DNA of 64,000 nt. It comes from Okamejei kenojei. Its lineage: Eukaryota. The position numbers were made by a program, and so were the translations under genes. The notes below the pieces were generated by a model. It made no database searches, was not told where the DNA came from, and saw nothing but the letters and a program-made list of their open reading frames with translations. Below are positions 1-15,300 of this stretch, piece by piece. The stretch covers positions 9,672,001-9,736,000 of the forward strand of contig CM069174.1 in the NCBI GenBank assembly GCA_035221665.1, written 5' to 3'. How positions within the stretch are numbered: position 1 is the first letter of the stretch; each line of letters opens with the position of its first letter.

Positions 1-132
1 AGAATGATCTGCAGAAAAAAAGTAGTTTTTCACTTCTGGCAAACAATGTGACTTTTAGTTTTTTTATTTTCAGTTCAAATAAAATAGTTTCAACTCTACA
101 CACAACTTGGGCATACAAATAGGTATACCTAT

Positions 133-693
133 CCAGTTGGGAGGTCATGTTGCAGTTGTATAAGAAGTTGGTGACATTTAGAATATTGTGTTCAGTTCTG
201 GGCACCATGTTATAGGAAAGATATTGTCAAGCTTGAAAAGATTTACGAGGATGTTGCCAGGATTATTCACTGCAGTTTAGCAGGATAAGGGGGGAATCTT
301 ATAGAAACATATAAAATTATAAAAGGACTAGACAAGCTAAATGCAGGAAAAATGTTCCCAATGTTGGGCGAGTCCAGAACCAGGGGCCACAGTCTTAGAA
401 TAAAGGGGAGGTCATTTAAGACTGAGGTGAGAAAAAAACTTTTTTTACCCAGAGAGTTGTGAATTTATGGAATTCGCTGCCACAGAGGGCAGTGGAGGCC
501 AAATCACTGGATGGATTTAAGAGAGAGTTGGATAGAGCTCTAGGGGCTAGTGGAGTCAAGGGATATGGGGAGAAGGCAGGCACGGGTTATTGATAGCGGA
601 CGATCAGCCATGATCACAATGAATGGCGGCGCTGGCTCGAAGGGCCGAATGGCCTCCTCTTGCACCTATTTTCTATGTTTCTTTGTTTCTATG
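133..693 (+). mobile_element. CR1 LINE 3' fragment
   Basis: RT C-terminal remnant (RGNLIETYKI, SRTRGHSLRI), CR1 3' UTR and (ttctatgt)n-like tail. Confidence 0.9.
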
Positions 694-695
694 AC

Positions 696-1137
696 TAGAG
701 GATGTGAGCTACAGGGGGAGGTTGAGTAGGCTGGGTCTCTATTCCTTGGAGCGCAGGAGGATGAGGGGTGATCTTATAGAAGTGTGCAAAATCATGAGAG
801 GAATAGATTGGGTAGATGCACAGAGTATCTTGCCCAGAGTAGGGGAATCGAGGACCAGAGGACAGATTCAAGGTGAAGGGGAAAAGATTTAGTGGGAAAC
901 CGAAGGGTAACATTTTCACACAACGGGTGGTGGGTGTATAGAACAAGCTGCCAGAGGAGGTAGTTGAGGAACGAACTATCCCAATGTTTAAGAAACAGTT
1001 AGACAGGTGCATGGATAGGATACGTTTGGAGGGATATGGACCAAACGCAGGCAGGTGGGGCTAGTGTAGCTGGGACATATTGGCCGGTGTGGGCAAGATG
1101 GGCTGAAGGGCCTGTTTCCACACTATCACTCTATGAC
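696..1137 (+). mobile_element. CR1 LINE 3' fragment, second subfamily
   Basis: ORF 704-892 LGLYSLERRRMRGDLIEV; tail gggctgaagggcctgtttcc...ctctatgac. Confidence 0.88.
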
Positions 1138-1834
1138 ACTCCAGGTAGCATTCCAAAGCTTCCCATGTAGTGTGTGATTAGTAGTGTTTGTAAATAATTG
1201 GTGTCTGTAGTTGTTTAAGCTTACTAAAACACTGACATTGCAGTTGCTTAAAATTACTGCTGAGCTGAAAGTGTCTCTAATTCTGTAGCCTCGCCCCACA
1301 ATCAATTTCGATTCGGACAAGCAGCTTTCATTAATCTTAACAATTCTAGTCCTTGACTAGGGTGGGGAAGAACAGTCAGCATTTAAAAATAATAGATATA
1401 CAGATTTTTCAAAACGCAAAGTGTTACAAGCAATGTGCTGTTGGGGATTCCAGTTTTAAAATCTTGCTTTTTTTTAACTGGGGGAGGGGGGGGGAGAAAG
1501 AGGAAATGTGTTTAATTTGTACACCATGCTATAGTTGCCATAATTGGATGTGTGTGTTCTGTGGCAAATGTAGAATTTTTCAAACTTTTTTTACTGGGAA
1601 TCAACAGTTCCCAGAATTCCGTTGGAAGTCTTATTATAATGGCTATAAACTACTGGTTAGTCTCTAATAGTAATTGTTTACAAAGTGTTTTGTATCTGCT
1701 ACACAAGAACACAAATAGAAGCAGGAGTAGGTCATTTGGTACCTCTATATTGCCCTTCAATAAGTTCATGGCTGATCTTTAATCTCAGTGCCGTTGACAA
1801 CAATTGGATTGACTACCACACCTAATCCATTCTA

Positions 1835-2530
1835 TATCTCCAGCAGCCTGGCTCCAAACCAAAGATCCACTCTAAGATCTTTGCTCCAAACCATTAGTAT
1901 CAACAGAAATGTTGCCACAGGAAGATCAATATCAGAGCTCTTAACCATAAAATGAGCTTGTCTCAGACGGTGCCTCACAGATAACCTGGCAAATCTCTGC
2001 TTCCAGGAGTCACAGAATATCCACAGCAGATAGGAGCTCTGAAGTCCAGCATAAAGGACAATCCAAGACCTTGCCCCACTGAGAGTTAGGAACTGAGGTG
2101 AACTAATCAGGGACAGAGGCATTCTGTGCTTGCTAGAAGGAATGCTTTGAACAGTTCCTTAACTATGACCCTCCATGATGTAAATGACTTTGACTCCATT
2201 CACCAGCAACACATTTAGTCCAGCCTTGCCACCACTCCTGACAAAAGTCAAAGGCTATATCAAATGAAAATAACAAGGCCCCTTCCTAAAGCTTCGTGCT
2301 GAAGATCTTCAGTCATTAATCCACAACCTTGCGGCTGTGACATCTACAAGAAAGGAGGCATGACTGAGTATAGTAACACCAGAGGAGTCTCCCACAGTAA
2401 AGTCTTCACCATAGACTTCAATCGCCTCCTAGTGGCCAAACAACTGCTTCCAAATTGCAGTATATCCATCCAAGGGCACAGTGGGCCTGAACTTCACTGT
2501 GTGGTAACTCCAAGAGAATACTGGGAGTAG
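1835..2530 (+). mobile_element. Old degenerate retroelement-like coding fragment (family uncertain)
   Basis: Coding-like composition with broken frames inside an intron; no diagnostic motif read with certainty. Confidence 0.35.
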
Positions 2531-3336
2531 CATCATTTGTTCCACTAGGTTCTTATAAATCTCACCTGAAACTTTTGATTCCATTTAAAAATAGTGATTG
2601 GAGCACTGTCCTCGTAAGGCTGTCCACAGAAACGTGTCTCCAAAAAATGCTATAAAAGTACCAAAGATATGAGAAGATCTCCTCATGCAGATGAAATAAA
2701 ATGTTGCATGAGAGATCCGTAACTAAAGGACATAGCTTTATGTTCAATAGTTAGAAATTTAGAGTTGACTGTGGATAGCTTTATTTCTCTCACTTACATG
2801 GGTGTTTCTAATTCACTGACTGACCGGCTGGTGGAGGCAGAAACCCTCTCCACATTTAAGAGATCTGGATGAGCACTTGAAGAGCCATAAACCACAAGTC
2901 AAATGAGATGCGATTTAAATTTAAGTCAATTTTTGGCTGGCATGGACACTGTGTGCCAAATGATGATTTCCTCAACTTCAACCATGTTGGTTAAACAATA
3001 TTAAATAGCAATTTGCTTTGACTATTTGCTGTTTTATCTGATGCTAGGGTGAGTCTTCCTCGGGCCACTTGTGATTATTAATATCATGAGAGGTATTGTG
3101 AAGATTTTCACCTTAACTAAAGTGTGTGTTTGCATTGAGAAATATTGAAAGGATCAAACATTACACCATGCAAGGGTAATTTCCAAGCCAGAGATTATTG
3201 CGTAAACTTAATTCTAAAGAGTGCAATAGAGAATTACGTAAACACTCTGGAGAAAGCTGCATTGTAAATGCTGCGAACACCCTGGATTGATTTATTAATT
3301 AGTTTATTAAAAATTGGCAATGTTTCCTTTTCACAG

Positions 3337-3378
3337 ATCAACTTCCAAGATCTCGAACGTGCAGACTGGTTAAACAAG
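3337..3378 (+). CDS. ESYT1: ESYT1 exon 2 ([14 protein letters not shown])
   Basis: tcacag|ATC...AAG|gtagga, 42 nt, start of SMP domain. Confidence 0.93.
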
Positions 3379-6300
3379 GTAGGAACTTCTACTTTGTCTA
3401 CAATGGACTTTTCTAACCTGTGCAATAGAAGGTTGCTCAACCAGACACTGAGGTCACTGACCCAAGTCGTATCTCCAGCATGTGGGAAAATGAGACTGGA
3501 TTAGCAAAAGTCATGCAAATTTAATTTTATTTTATTCAAATTTAAATATTTTGTTTACATGCACTGCTTGGATTTCAATCATGCCTTTACCCTTTCTACT
3601 ATCACATCCAGTCAGTGGTTGTTATTTATGGATAAATCTTGTCAGATTCAGTGAAACTGGGGATATTAAAATGTATATTCCTCACAACTACTTGGTTGGG
3701 ATCAAAACTACTCTTTCTGACACAATTACAATTGGCAAGGGGATGTCTGAGTTTTAAAACCCCTGTTTTAATGCGATTGATGCATAAAGTAGGTTGGTGT
3801 GTAACATTTCATTCTAGTTAAACCTGCTTTTAACCCCTCAAGTGGTTAGGTGTAAATGTGATTTTTTTTTTAATGAATGAACCCTATAAAATGAAATATC
3901 TCTGGTTAACCCTAATTAAATTAAAATTGTTTTTTCAAGATTTAAGTTGATTATTGTTTTAAAGTGTGTAGATTGACCATTCACCAAGCACAAAGGGGAA
4001 GTGAAGTAAACTTGGAATGTGAGTTTCCATGGGATTGCTCCCCCATGTTGCCTGGTGAATGGTTACTGAGCAGCCTGGAATCCTAAATGAGATGAGGAAA
4101 AATTGTTGTCTGGGTTTCTGCATGTGTTAGATCTAAGATCAAATGCCAAAATGTAACAAATCTAACAGAGACATATTTTCTTTGGTAGGTTTTGCAGCAA
4201 GCATGGCCATTTGTTGGCCAATACCTGGAGAAGCTGTTGGTAAACTCCATCGCTCCCATTATTCGGAGTTCAAACAATCACCTACAAACATTTGCCTTCA
4301 CCAAAGTCTGCTTTGGAGTGAAGGTAATGTAATATCTGCATGATTTAAATTATATTCCAGTAACATGTTTATTTTTACACATCTTGTCTCTGGAGTTTCT
4401 TTGTTTGATGTAGTGAATCCTGTATGTACAGAATAATTGGATGTCAAGCTATTTGCTGCCATTTTGAAAATGGGTCCTGGTGCTGCAGTCTACCCTGCAC
4501 ACTTGTGTATTGTGCTCAAATGGCAGGGCTTCTCATTTTGAGCCTCGACTACAAGTGTTAGCAGGCTGGATGACCATTTCACCAAAGTGTAAGCCTGTTC
4601 TTATTTGGGCCTCTGCAAACTTCCCTTAATTGGTAAGAGAAATTGTCAACTAAAGTTGCACTAGAAAACAGCTTTAAGCTAGTGTTAATGTGTGAGCTGA
4701 TTTCCAGATAGCAATCAGTTTGGTTTGCTCAGTGGTGGATTCAACAAATGAACGCATTGGATAAGAATGTGTTGTCTGGAAGCAGGGAGAAGACCATATG
4801 GCTTGTCCCATCTAAATTTATCATTCATTAAGATTGTGACTGATCCTTTAGATCAAATTCATCTTCCTTTCTCCCCCCCCCCCCCCCCCCCCACCCAACA
4901 CACACAATGCCAATGTTGCTTGATCCCCTTAAATTTCAAAGATCTATCTATTTGATAAATCAGCATTACTTAACGCGCAGTTTATTCATGGTACCTTGCC
5001 AAATGAAAAATCCAGATATTGTACATCTAATGTCTTTATCTACCAGGGGTACACAAAAGGCTGGAGAAACTCAGCGGGTGCAGCAGCATCTAAAGGGCGA
5101 AGGAGATAGGCGACGTTTCGGGTTGACACACTTCTGAAGAAGGGTCTCGACCCGAAACACCGCCTATCTCCTTCGCTCCTTAGATGCTGCTGCACCCACT
5201 GAGTTTCTCCAGCCTTTTGTGTACCCTCGATTCTCCAGCATCTGCAGTTCCTTCTTTAACTCTTTATCTACCAATTGGTTACATCCTTTAAAATACTTCT
5301 TTGTTTAATGCCTCCATTTGTAATTCACCCTGATAGTTGAGCCTTGCCCTGCCTTTACCAATACTCAAGTTCATGCACTTTTCAGTGGAGGTCAGTAGAT
5401 ATCAGTTGCCATGAATACCATAACAAGCCCCTTTGTAATATCGGGTTGTGGCATTTTTCAACACTCCATAGGACCTGCAGCTGCTCGCTTGCTAAATTTT
5501 CTGAGTCACTCAGGAAGCCTTTGCTGTAACAAGCATGTTTACCACAAACCAAACTGATGGAAATAGGTTCCAAATACATTGTTGTTAAAATATATGTAGT
5601 TGACTGGAGATCAAATCAAACCTCTGAAATGTCTTTCAGCCTTTGAAGATTCATGGAGTACAGGTGCACACAGGTGCAGACAAAAGGCAGGTCTTGCTTG
5701 ACCTGCATATCAGGTAATTGATTCTTCAATTCCACTTTCTTGTTTCACTCCAAGGGAAAATAGCTTTTCATGTACGAATGCAAGCTGGCAATCATTTTTT
5801 GGATTTATTTGATAGCTCCTGCTTGACATATGAATACAGTGTTCTCACCTGGCCCTTTAATGGTTGTTTTCTGTAATAATTAGGCCATATGACATAACTT
5901 GATATTTTTTATTATGCTTACCCCAAGCATCTGTCATTGTTACTGGGGTAGGACCCCGGACCATCACAGTTACCCCTTGGCTATGCTGCGGGCAGTCATT
6001 TCACAGATGCTTATTATACAGAATTAGTTATTGCATATCTAACTCCATATGCAGGAATCAATGAATCTGTGATGTGAATTTGTGCTTTAGATAGGTGATC
6101 TGCATATAATCTGGTTACTTTACTTTCCCAATGTCATTAGTACATTGGCAAATTAGTTTGTGTTGCCCAGATTTTTTAAAGGGGCAGATGATAATTGGCT
6201 GTCTTAAACTGTACTTGCATTGCCTCGGAGGGCGGTGGAGGCAGGTTCTCTGGATGCTTTCAAGAGCGAACTAGATAGGGCTCTTAAAGATAGTGGATAT

Positions 6301-9300
6301 GGGGAGAAGGCAGGAACGGGGTACTGATTGGGGATGTTTAGCCATGAACACATTGAATGGTGATGCTGGCTTGAATGGCCTACTCCTGCACCTATTGTCT
6401 ATTGTCTATTGATTTCAGTTCAGTTTTTTGGGTCTTTTCCTTGCATAACCTGAAATTCGACTTCCTCCATGTAATCTATACTTTGTGCCTAGCAATGCTC
6501 TTTGAGAATATCTGGTCACCAGGTGGCCTATTGGAATATTAATAGGCAGAGTACTAAAATTGTAGTATGCTTGAAGTTGTTGATTTCGGCCACGGAAAAT
6601 GGAAAATTAAGGTTTCTGGATGCATATTTATGCTCTTAAACAAGGAACACATTGGGAATGGGAAGTTAATTGTCGTCCCCATTAATATCTATCTTGCCTC
6701 ACCCGCCAAGCGATGCAGAAGCACCTGGATACAATATGTATTGGATAAAATTATAATTGAGGTACAGGAAGCACTTGAAGAATGGAAGAGTCAAAGAATT
6801 TTAATCAGAATAATTGCCTCTTTGTGCTCATTGTTTGTTACCACAAATAATCTCTTGGCACTAGTAGGGATAATTGTTGCAGTCATTATTGTTCCTAGGT
6901 GCTGGTGGCAGGTGTGACCCAAATAAGATTCTGTTCCCCTTTTTAGTCACAAGTACCCTGTTGACATTGTTTTACAGGAAACAACTGCTACTTTAAACAG
7001 TGAAAGCAGATATGTTCTCTTAATCCCAAGATCAAAGCAATCTATAATATGAACCATCATGGGAATGTTTGGTAATATTACTGGCATGAATAGCTGTAGC
7101 AATGTCAGACTAGTAGCTGGACACCCATGCATCTGATGGGTTACATCACATACATGGCCATGTATATCAAAGATTTTGTGACATTATGGATAGATGAACA
7201 ATGCTGGAGTAACTCAGCAGGTCAGGCAGCATCTGTAGAGAACATGGATAGGTGATGTTTTGGGTCGATCTTTCACCCAGATACATTCTGAAGAAGGGTC
7301 TCGACCCGAAACATCACTTATCTATGTTCTCTAGAGATGATGTCATATGAGGAAAGATTGAAAAGACTAGGCTTGTATTCACTAGAGTTTAGAAGGATGA
7401 AGGGGATCTTATAGAAACATATAAAATTATAAAAGGACTGGACAAGCTAGATGCAGGAAAAATGTTCCCAACGTTGGGCGAGTCCAGAACCAGAGGCCAC
7501 AGGCTTAGAATAAAGGGGAGGCCATTTAAGCGATAGTTAGATAGAGCTCTAGGGGCTAGTGGAGTCAAGGGATATGGGGAGAAGGCAGGAACTGGTTATT
7601 GATTGAGGACAATCAGCCATGATCACAATGAACGGCGGTGCTGGCTCAAAGGGTTTGCATTGTTCCATGTTTGAGATATATATATATGAAATCCTCTCCT
7701 TTCATTCTGACCTTTGTATTTAACAGCATATGAGGATTTGGAGAGAAAGTTGTAATAGATCTCTCCTAAAAGGGAGTGGCTCACAGCCCTGCAACCCTCT
7801 TGTGCAAGCAGTAGCTTGGGGCAATGGGGCCACGTGACTCACAGTGTGGAACTGAGGAAGAACTGGTTCTGTTGATTTGAGCAGTCATTACTAGCATCAT
7901 TTTTTCATGCAACCAGAATTAAACATTTAGCTTGTTACTGGGAAAGGATGAAATTTGTCAGTGCTGAATATTGGATTGTTTACTTGTTTCATGCACATAA
8001 AGGTCAACTAATAACTGACAGCAGCACTAAACTGGAAAAAGCCAGCAGTGAAGATGATGGTGGTGGTGCCTCTCACCTCCTGAGCCTTGGTGTTTTGCAA
8101 ATTGGCTGCAGTTCTCCATGATGAAAATGGCAACCATAAGACACGGGAGCAGAATTAATCCATTCAGCCCATCAAGTCTGATCTACCATTGGATCATGAC
8201 TGATCTATTTTCCCCTCCCAACCCCATTCCTCCTACCTTCTCCCTGTAACCATCGACATCCTTATTAATCAAGAACCTATCAATCTCTGCTTTTAAAATA
8301 ACCATTGACTTGGCCTCCACAGCCGTCTGTGGCAATGAAGTCCACAGATTCACCACCCTCCGGCTAAAGAAATTCCTCCTCATAGAGAAAACCTACTGAT
8401 CTGCTCCCTGTAGATGCAGCTAGGCTTGGTCATTAGTGGATCGGTGCGCTATTACATGGTTAGTAACACATTGGTAGGCAACATTAGTCCCCAAAGGGGA
8501 ATCTTGCTTCACTTGTATACAAACTAATTCCCCTCACTAACTTCACCTTTTGCTTGCCAACCACAGGGTTCATTAAGTTGAGTTTAATTACCTTGTACCA
8601 GTAGACTGCACCAAAAAAGCATTAAAAAAAAAAATACTGCAACAAAAAAAACTTCAAGCCTGTTTTACTCTACAAGATTCCATTGGTCTTTTTTTAAAAT
8701 GGGGTTTGTGGTGGTGGTTGAGATGGGACAAAGCTCCAGTCCAAAACAATGCAATGACATCAGTTATATTTTAACATTGCATCAAGAGCTTTACTGAGGC
8801 TGACACGAGCTGTGTGGGCACAGTGGCGGCTGGCGCAAAATCTTGCAAAGGAACTAAGTTTAAAGCGTTCGCAAGGCCATATTGCACCCACTATGAGAGC
8901 TCGCAAAGCCTTCCTTTTCCTGAGCACTTTCTTACTAACCTGTAGCTTTATTGAACTTCCTAGTATTTTTCTAATAGGAGTTTCAACAGAATTTCTCTGC
9001 GTGATGTACTGAGCAATGGCAACCCTTTATAGTAGCCATTTTTTAAAAACTGATTTAGACTTTAGAGATACTGTGGAAACAGGCTTTTCAGCCCATTGAG
9101 TCTGCGCTGATGAATGATCACCCTAATAAATTTTTATACAACCAAGTTTGGAGTGTTTTTTAAATGGACTGAACTTAAGGAAATGCCTACTCATGAAATT
9201 TAGTTTTTGACCTTTTCTCAGCCTTTCCTGATACCATCATGACATGACCGGACAATTGGTGACAGCTTTGATCTTTGTAAATGCAGCTTAATAGAGCTTT

Positions 9301-12300
9301 GGTGGGTTTGACTTTTCTAAAATTTCCTTCAATTGTCCAAAGAAAATCTGCTAGTGGGTTTAACTTTGGGTTATCAACCACTGTATTTATAAGTGAATAG
9401 TATAGGCGAATTCCTAATCATGTGACTTTCACTTCACAATCCAGGTTAGTGCTTAGTTTTGAAATAATCCATTAAAAAAACCCAGCAGTCTGCCAGTACA
9501 CTGTACACTCTGAGAATATCTAAAATGGGGTTTCCTCTGTTGTCTTTCCTCCGTAGTTACATTGGTGACTGTGAAATCAATGTTGAAGTAAAGAAGTATT
9601 TCTGCAAAGCTGGAGTGAATGGTATCCAGGTAGGTCACTTGATGGGGAAATAGCAGAGCTCAGTGACCCTTGTAACTCAGTGTCTCCTATTTTAGAGTTC
9701 CTTTTTGCAAGAGACAATTAAAGGAGAAACACAATCTGTTCAAAATGCCACCCTCGCTGACACAGTGGACAAATGCATCATTGTGTATGAATCCGAAGGT
9801 TCTAGGATCATACCTTGGACTGTTGTGCTCACTGATGGCAACTGGCGCAGCAATAAGGACACTATCTAGTCTCTCGGCCCAGCCTATGGGATGGAAAAAT
9901 GAGCCAAAATCCCCATCTTATATGTGCCTCATGATTTAAAAACATCTGCTGACTATACCGACAGCAACCATTAAAATTGTGGAAACAGCAAAGTACGCAT
10001 TTTGCCACGCGCAGCTAATTCGCATTTGCAGCCACCTAATTGCATCAACTCCTTTGCGCTAGCAGCCAGTTTGGAGCCAGCCCCCTCATAGATAACACGC
10101 ATCATCTGGTTTTGCAGCAGCCAGTGAATGAGACAGTATGGTCTCAATCGCTGGAGAAAAATGGTTGTTTATAAGAACGCACATTTACATAAGCATTAGA
10201 GTCGGAATGATGGCAAAGAAACAAACTGGGAATGAGCAGGGGAACAGAGACTCTGGTACAGTTGAATGTAATTTTGCATCATGTGTGACGGATTTCTCCT
10301 GAGGTGGCTCGGGGCTATTGATTTATTGTCTGCTCCCTGGGTTGCTGATTTTGTTTTTACCCTCTCTTGCAGCTCCATGGAATGCTCCGTGTGATCCTTG
10401 AGCCCTTAATTGGAGACATGCCATTGGTGGGAGCAGTGACCCTGTTCTTCATCCGCCGCCCAGTAAGCATGTTGTTGTGGATGGAGAAACCAGCCAGTGT
10501 GACAGAGGCTGACGGATCAGTGAGATCTTGTACAGGGCTACACAGGGAATGTTGAGCCATATTTCATGTGCTAGCTCCACGTTGCTTGTTAATTTGACTG
10601 TAACGAGTAAAACGATCAGGCCAAACTGTGACATTTCCCAAGATTGAATAGCCAGGATTGAAGGCACCCACTGCCTCGCTTCTCATTTAAAGTATGACAG
10701 CCAAGTTGGAATTCCTCACCCAGTATGAGTCGATGTCATTTGTACAGATGAGAAAATTGACCCAAAAATAACCAGACCTAATATGACCAGTAGGCAAGCT
10801 GAGATATGTTATTATTAATTATTTAATCAAAGGATAAAACACAAATCGGGAGAGCCTGCCTTCAAAGCTACTGGACCACAGATGGGAGTTTAGTTCACAT
10901 TGCCTAATTTTCAGTGTTATAGTATTGCTTTTCGGGGTTGAGTAAACTATAGATGATTTTTGCAACCAGATAAACTTGAGCCTAGATAAATTTGAATGGC
11001 ATGTTAGTCTTAGAGTTGCAAGTCTGACTGAATGTCAAATGTTTTAGTTGTGAATTGACACCTATCTCTAATGTACTAAATTACCACTGATATTTTGAAA
11101 CGTTGTCCTTTTTCAGGTGCTGGAGATTAACTGGACAGGACTCACCAACTTCCTGGATATTCCAGGGCTGAGGTAATGATTGTTCATAGGATCCCAATCA
11201 AAAATAAAGATAAAATATTTGTAAGATTCTTCCAAGAACAATATGAAGTTACATTCTTGAATTCTGGAAACTTCTCACTCTTAGATTGAATGGTAGTAAT
11301 AAAGTAAAACCAAAATATATCGAAAAATATAATTAATAATGCAATTTCACAAGTATGCAAGTTTTGGAGTCGGATGATTTCATGAGAAATTTAACATTTG
11401 TTATAGAAACGGATGAGCACGAGGCCCCCCTGGGGAATTATCTTGCAAGTAATATTTCTCACCTTATAACATTGAAGGAGGTCATTTGGTCTATTGAATC
11501 TATGTTCATGAAGCAATCTCATTAACACCATTCCCCATTTATTTCTACGTAAGGTATTCTCCCTCCATTCCCATCAATTCCCTGTGATGTTCCAATCACT
11601 CGCCTACATATAGATGGTAATTTACAGAGGGCCAACTAACCTACCAACCCGCATGTCCCTGGAATTGAGGGGGACCCGGAGCCCCCCGGGGGGGGGGGGG
11701 GGGGAACCTATGTGGTCACAGGGAGAATGCAAACTCCACACAGACAAGATCCGAGGTCAGGATTAAACTTGGGTCTCTGGCGCTATGATACAGCAACTGT
11801 GCCACCATGCAGAAAGCAACATGTTTGAAAACTACCAGGAAGCAGCTGAAATACTTGTGGAACCATAATTAATATTCATGGTCCTCGCCTCTAGTTAAAT
11901 TCAACTTTTTTTTGTAGATCAGTTTGCATTAAAACTAACAGTGCTCCTTTAGGGTTGCATTTTCTGCAGTTGAAGCCCCTGATTAATGTTTTGTTTTTAT
12001 CTCCCTATCTCCTACTCTCTTCTCTTTACACACCTTGCTCTGCTTTTTCTTACTTGGAACAGTTCAAAGTCTGACACCGTACTTATGGACACCATTGCCT
12101 CTTTCCTGGTTTTGCCAAACCGGATTACCTGCCCTCTTGTTTCAGACCTCCATGTGGCTGAACTCCGTTCTCCTTTGCCTCGGGTATGTATAACGATATG
12201 TTTTTACAAAATTGTTACCAACAAAGTCAATTTTGGTCGTGAAATTATTCCAGGATCAGGCGGTGGATTTTTTGGGGGTATGTCTGGCTATTAAATCACC

Positions 12301-15300
12301 TAATCGCCATTGTTGAAATCAGCAGTGTATAAATGCACTTACTAATAATATTAGGCTAGGTAATGATAGTGCATTGAAATAGCTTGTTCCTTTTGCATTT
12401 ATAAAACGAGGGGAGGGATACTTTTTCCTACCTAAGCAGTGAAGCAAATCACCTGGTACTACTCACTCATTTTTTGTTGTGTTCATTTCAATCAGATAAA
12501 AGTTGGTTCAGTGAAAGTCTACTTTACCCTCTTACTGTGCAGGCTGGGCGAGAAGGCTTATCATTATGATTAGATGCTACCTTCCCTGTTTTACGTCTTT
12601 ACTGAGTAGAGGTTCCAATGCCTGACTCTCAGAAAACTCAAGTGTAAATAACTTAGCCAGGAAGTAAATGAGGACAAAATTAATTAGTTAAAATTAGTTA
12701 AGACCAAAGTTGGACCCTTGAATACCGAAAAAGGTGAATTTATTATGGGGAGCAAGGAAATGGCTGATGAGTTGAACAGGTACTTTGGATCTGTCTTCAC
12801 TAAGGAGGACACAAACAATCTTCCTGATATAGCAGTGGCCAGAGGATCTGGGGTGACGGAGGAACTGAAGGAAATCCACTTTAGGCAGGAAATGGTGTTG
12901 GGTAGACTGATGGGACTGAAGGCTGATAAATCCCCAGGACCTGATGGTCTGCATCCCAGGGTACTTAAGGAAGAGGCTCTAGAAATCGGGGATGCATTGG
13001 TGATAATTTTCCAATGTTCTATAGACTCAGGATCAGTTCCTGTGGATTGGAGGGTAGCTAGTGTTATCCAACTTTTTAAGAAAGGCGGGAGAGAGAAAAC
13101 AGAATTATAAACCAGTTAGCCTGACATCGGTGGTGGGGAAGATGCTGGAGTCAATTATAAAATATGAAATAGCCGCACATTTGGATAGCAGTAACAGGAT
13201 CGGTCCGAGTCAGCATGGATTTACGAAGGGGAAATCATGCTTGACTAATCTTCTGGAATTTTTTGAGAATAACTAGGAAAATGGAACTAGGAAAGCTTTT
13301 GATAAGGCCCCACATAGGAGATTAGTGGGAAAAATTAGGGCACATGGTATTGGTTGTAGAGTGCTGACATGGATAGAAAATTGGTTGGCAGACAGGAAAC
13401 AGAGTAGGGATTAACGGGTCCCCTTCAGAATGGCAGGCAGTGACTAGTGGGGTACCGCAAGGCTCGGTGCTGGGACCGCAGCTATTTACAATATACATCA
13501 ATGATTTAGATGAAGGGATTCAAGTAACATTAGCAAATTTGCAGATGACACAAAGCTGGGTGGCAGTGTGAACTGTGAGGAGGATGCTATGAGAATGCAG
13601 GTTGGGGGAGTGGGCAGATGCATGGCAGAAAAAGTTTAATGTGGATAAATGTGAGGTTACAAAAACAGGAAGGCAGATTACTATCTAAATGGCGTCAAGT
13701 TGGGAAAAGGGGAAGTACAACGGGATCTGGGGGTCCTTGTTCATCAGTCTATGAAAGTAAGCATGCAGGTACAGCAGGTAGTGAAGAAAGCGAATGGCAT
13801 GTTGGCCTTTATAACAAGAGGAGTCGAGTATAGGAGCAAAGAGGTCCTTCTGCAGTTGTACAGAGCCCTAGTGAGACCACACCTGGAGTATTGTGTGCAG
13901 TTTTGGTCCCTTAATTTGAGGAAGGACATTCTTGCTATTGAGGGAGTGCAGCGTAGGTTTACAAGGTTAATTCCCGGGATGGCGGGGCTGTCATATGCTG
14001 AAAGAATGGAGCGGCTGGGCTTGTACACTCTGGAGTTTAGAAGGATGAGAGGGAATCTTATTGAAACACATAAGATTGTTAAGGGTTTGGACATGCTAGA
14101 GGCAGGAAATATGTTCCCGATGTTGGGGGAGTCCAGAACCAGTTTAAGAATAAGGGGTAAGCCATTTAGAACAGAGACGAGGAAACACTTTCTCTCTCAG
14201 AGAGTTGTGAGTCTGAGGAATTCTCTGATTCAGAGGGTGGTGGAGGCTTCTCTGGATACTTTCAAGAGAGAGCTAGATAGGGCTCTTAAAGATAGCAGAG
14301 TTAGGGGATATGGGGAAAAGATAAGAACAGGGTACTGATTGGGGATGATCAGCCTTGATCACATTGAATGGCGGTGCTGGCTCGAAGGGCCAAATGGCCT
14401 CCTCCTGCACCTGTTGTCTATTTTCTAAATCACATCCTGGTGATAACAAGTCTAGAAATTGGGAATTTACAGTGCAGCAAGCATGTGCAAGGCCTAATGG
14501 TGCTCTGGGTAGCTAGCCTACTGTATATTCCGTTAATCCGCATGTCACATACAATAATACCGCCCTTTGGAAAGGGAGATTTGAATTTTATGTTTTTATT
14601 TTTAGGGAATAGTACGGATTCACCTCATTGAAGGGGCAAGCCTGGAGTCAAAAGATACATATGTCAAAGGAATCATCAAAGGAAAATCTGATCCATATGC
14701 AATTGTACGAGTGGGCACACAGGCATTCATGAGCAAGACTCTCAGTGAAACCTTGAATCCCAAATGGAATGAAATGTATGAGGTGGGTGAATCTCATTGT
14801 TGTCTGTCACCCATTCATAGAAACATAGAAATTAGGTGCAGGAGTAGGCCATTCGGCCCTTCGAGCCTGCACCGCCATTCAATATGATCATGGCTGATCA
14901 TCCAACTCAGTATCCTGTACCTGCCTTCTCTCCATACCCCCTGATCCCTTTAGCCACAAGGGCCACATCTAACTCCCTCTTAAATATAGCCAATGAACTG
15001 GCCTCAACTACCTCTTTCATCATCACCCTCTTTAAAAGTGAATGGCTGCAATTGCCAGCAGCCTGGTGGGACAGTTCTGTCAAATGTGTCCAGCTGTGGA
15101 CTTGAATGAATGCATTTTCTCCATTTGCTAATTGTGATAAAGTGTTTTAACTATACCACGTGAAGAAGCGTCCATACACTTTCAAGCTGTTTCAGACAGT
15201 AGGAACTTACCTTTTGAAAGTTATCTGCCAGGCAGGATATGAGTGATGAACAATGCAGGCTTGGAACAAATTACATTTGAATGAATAAAATGGAGCTTCT

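Noticed and set aside
6567-6917. 116-aa intronic ORF with a hydrophobic C-terminus
   Set aside because: Not needed for the ESYT1 frame (exons 4 and 5 join in phase); no family motif; likely chance
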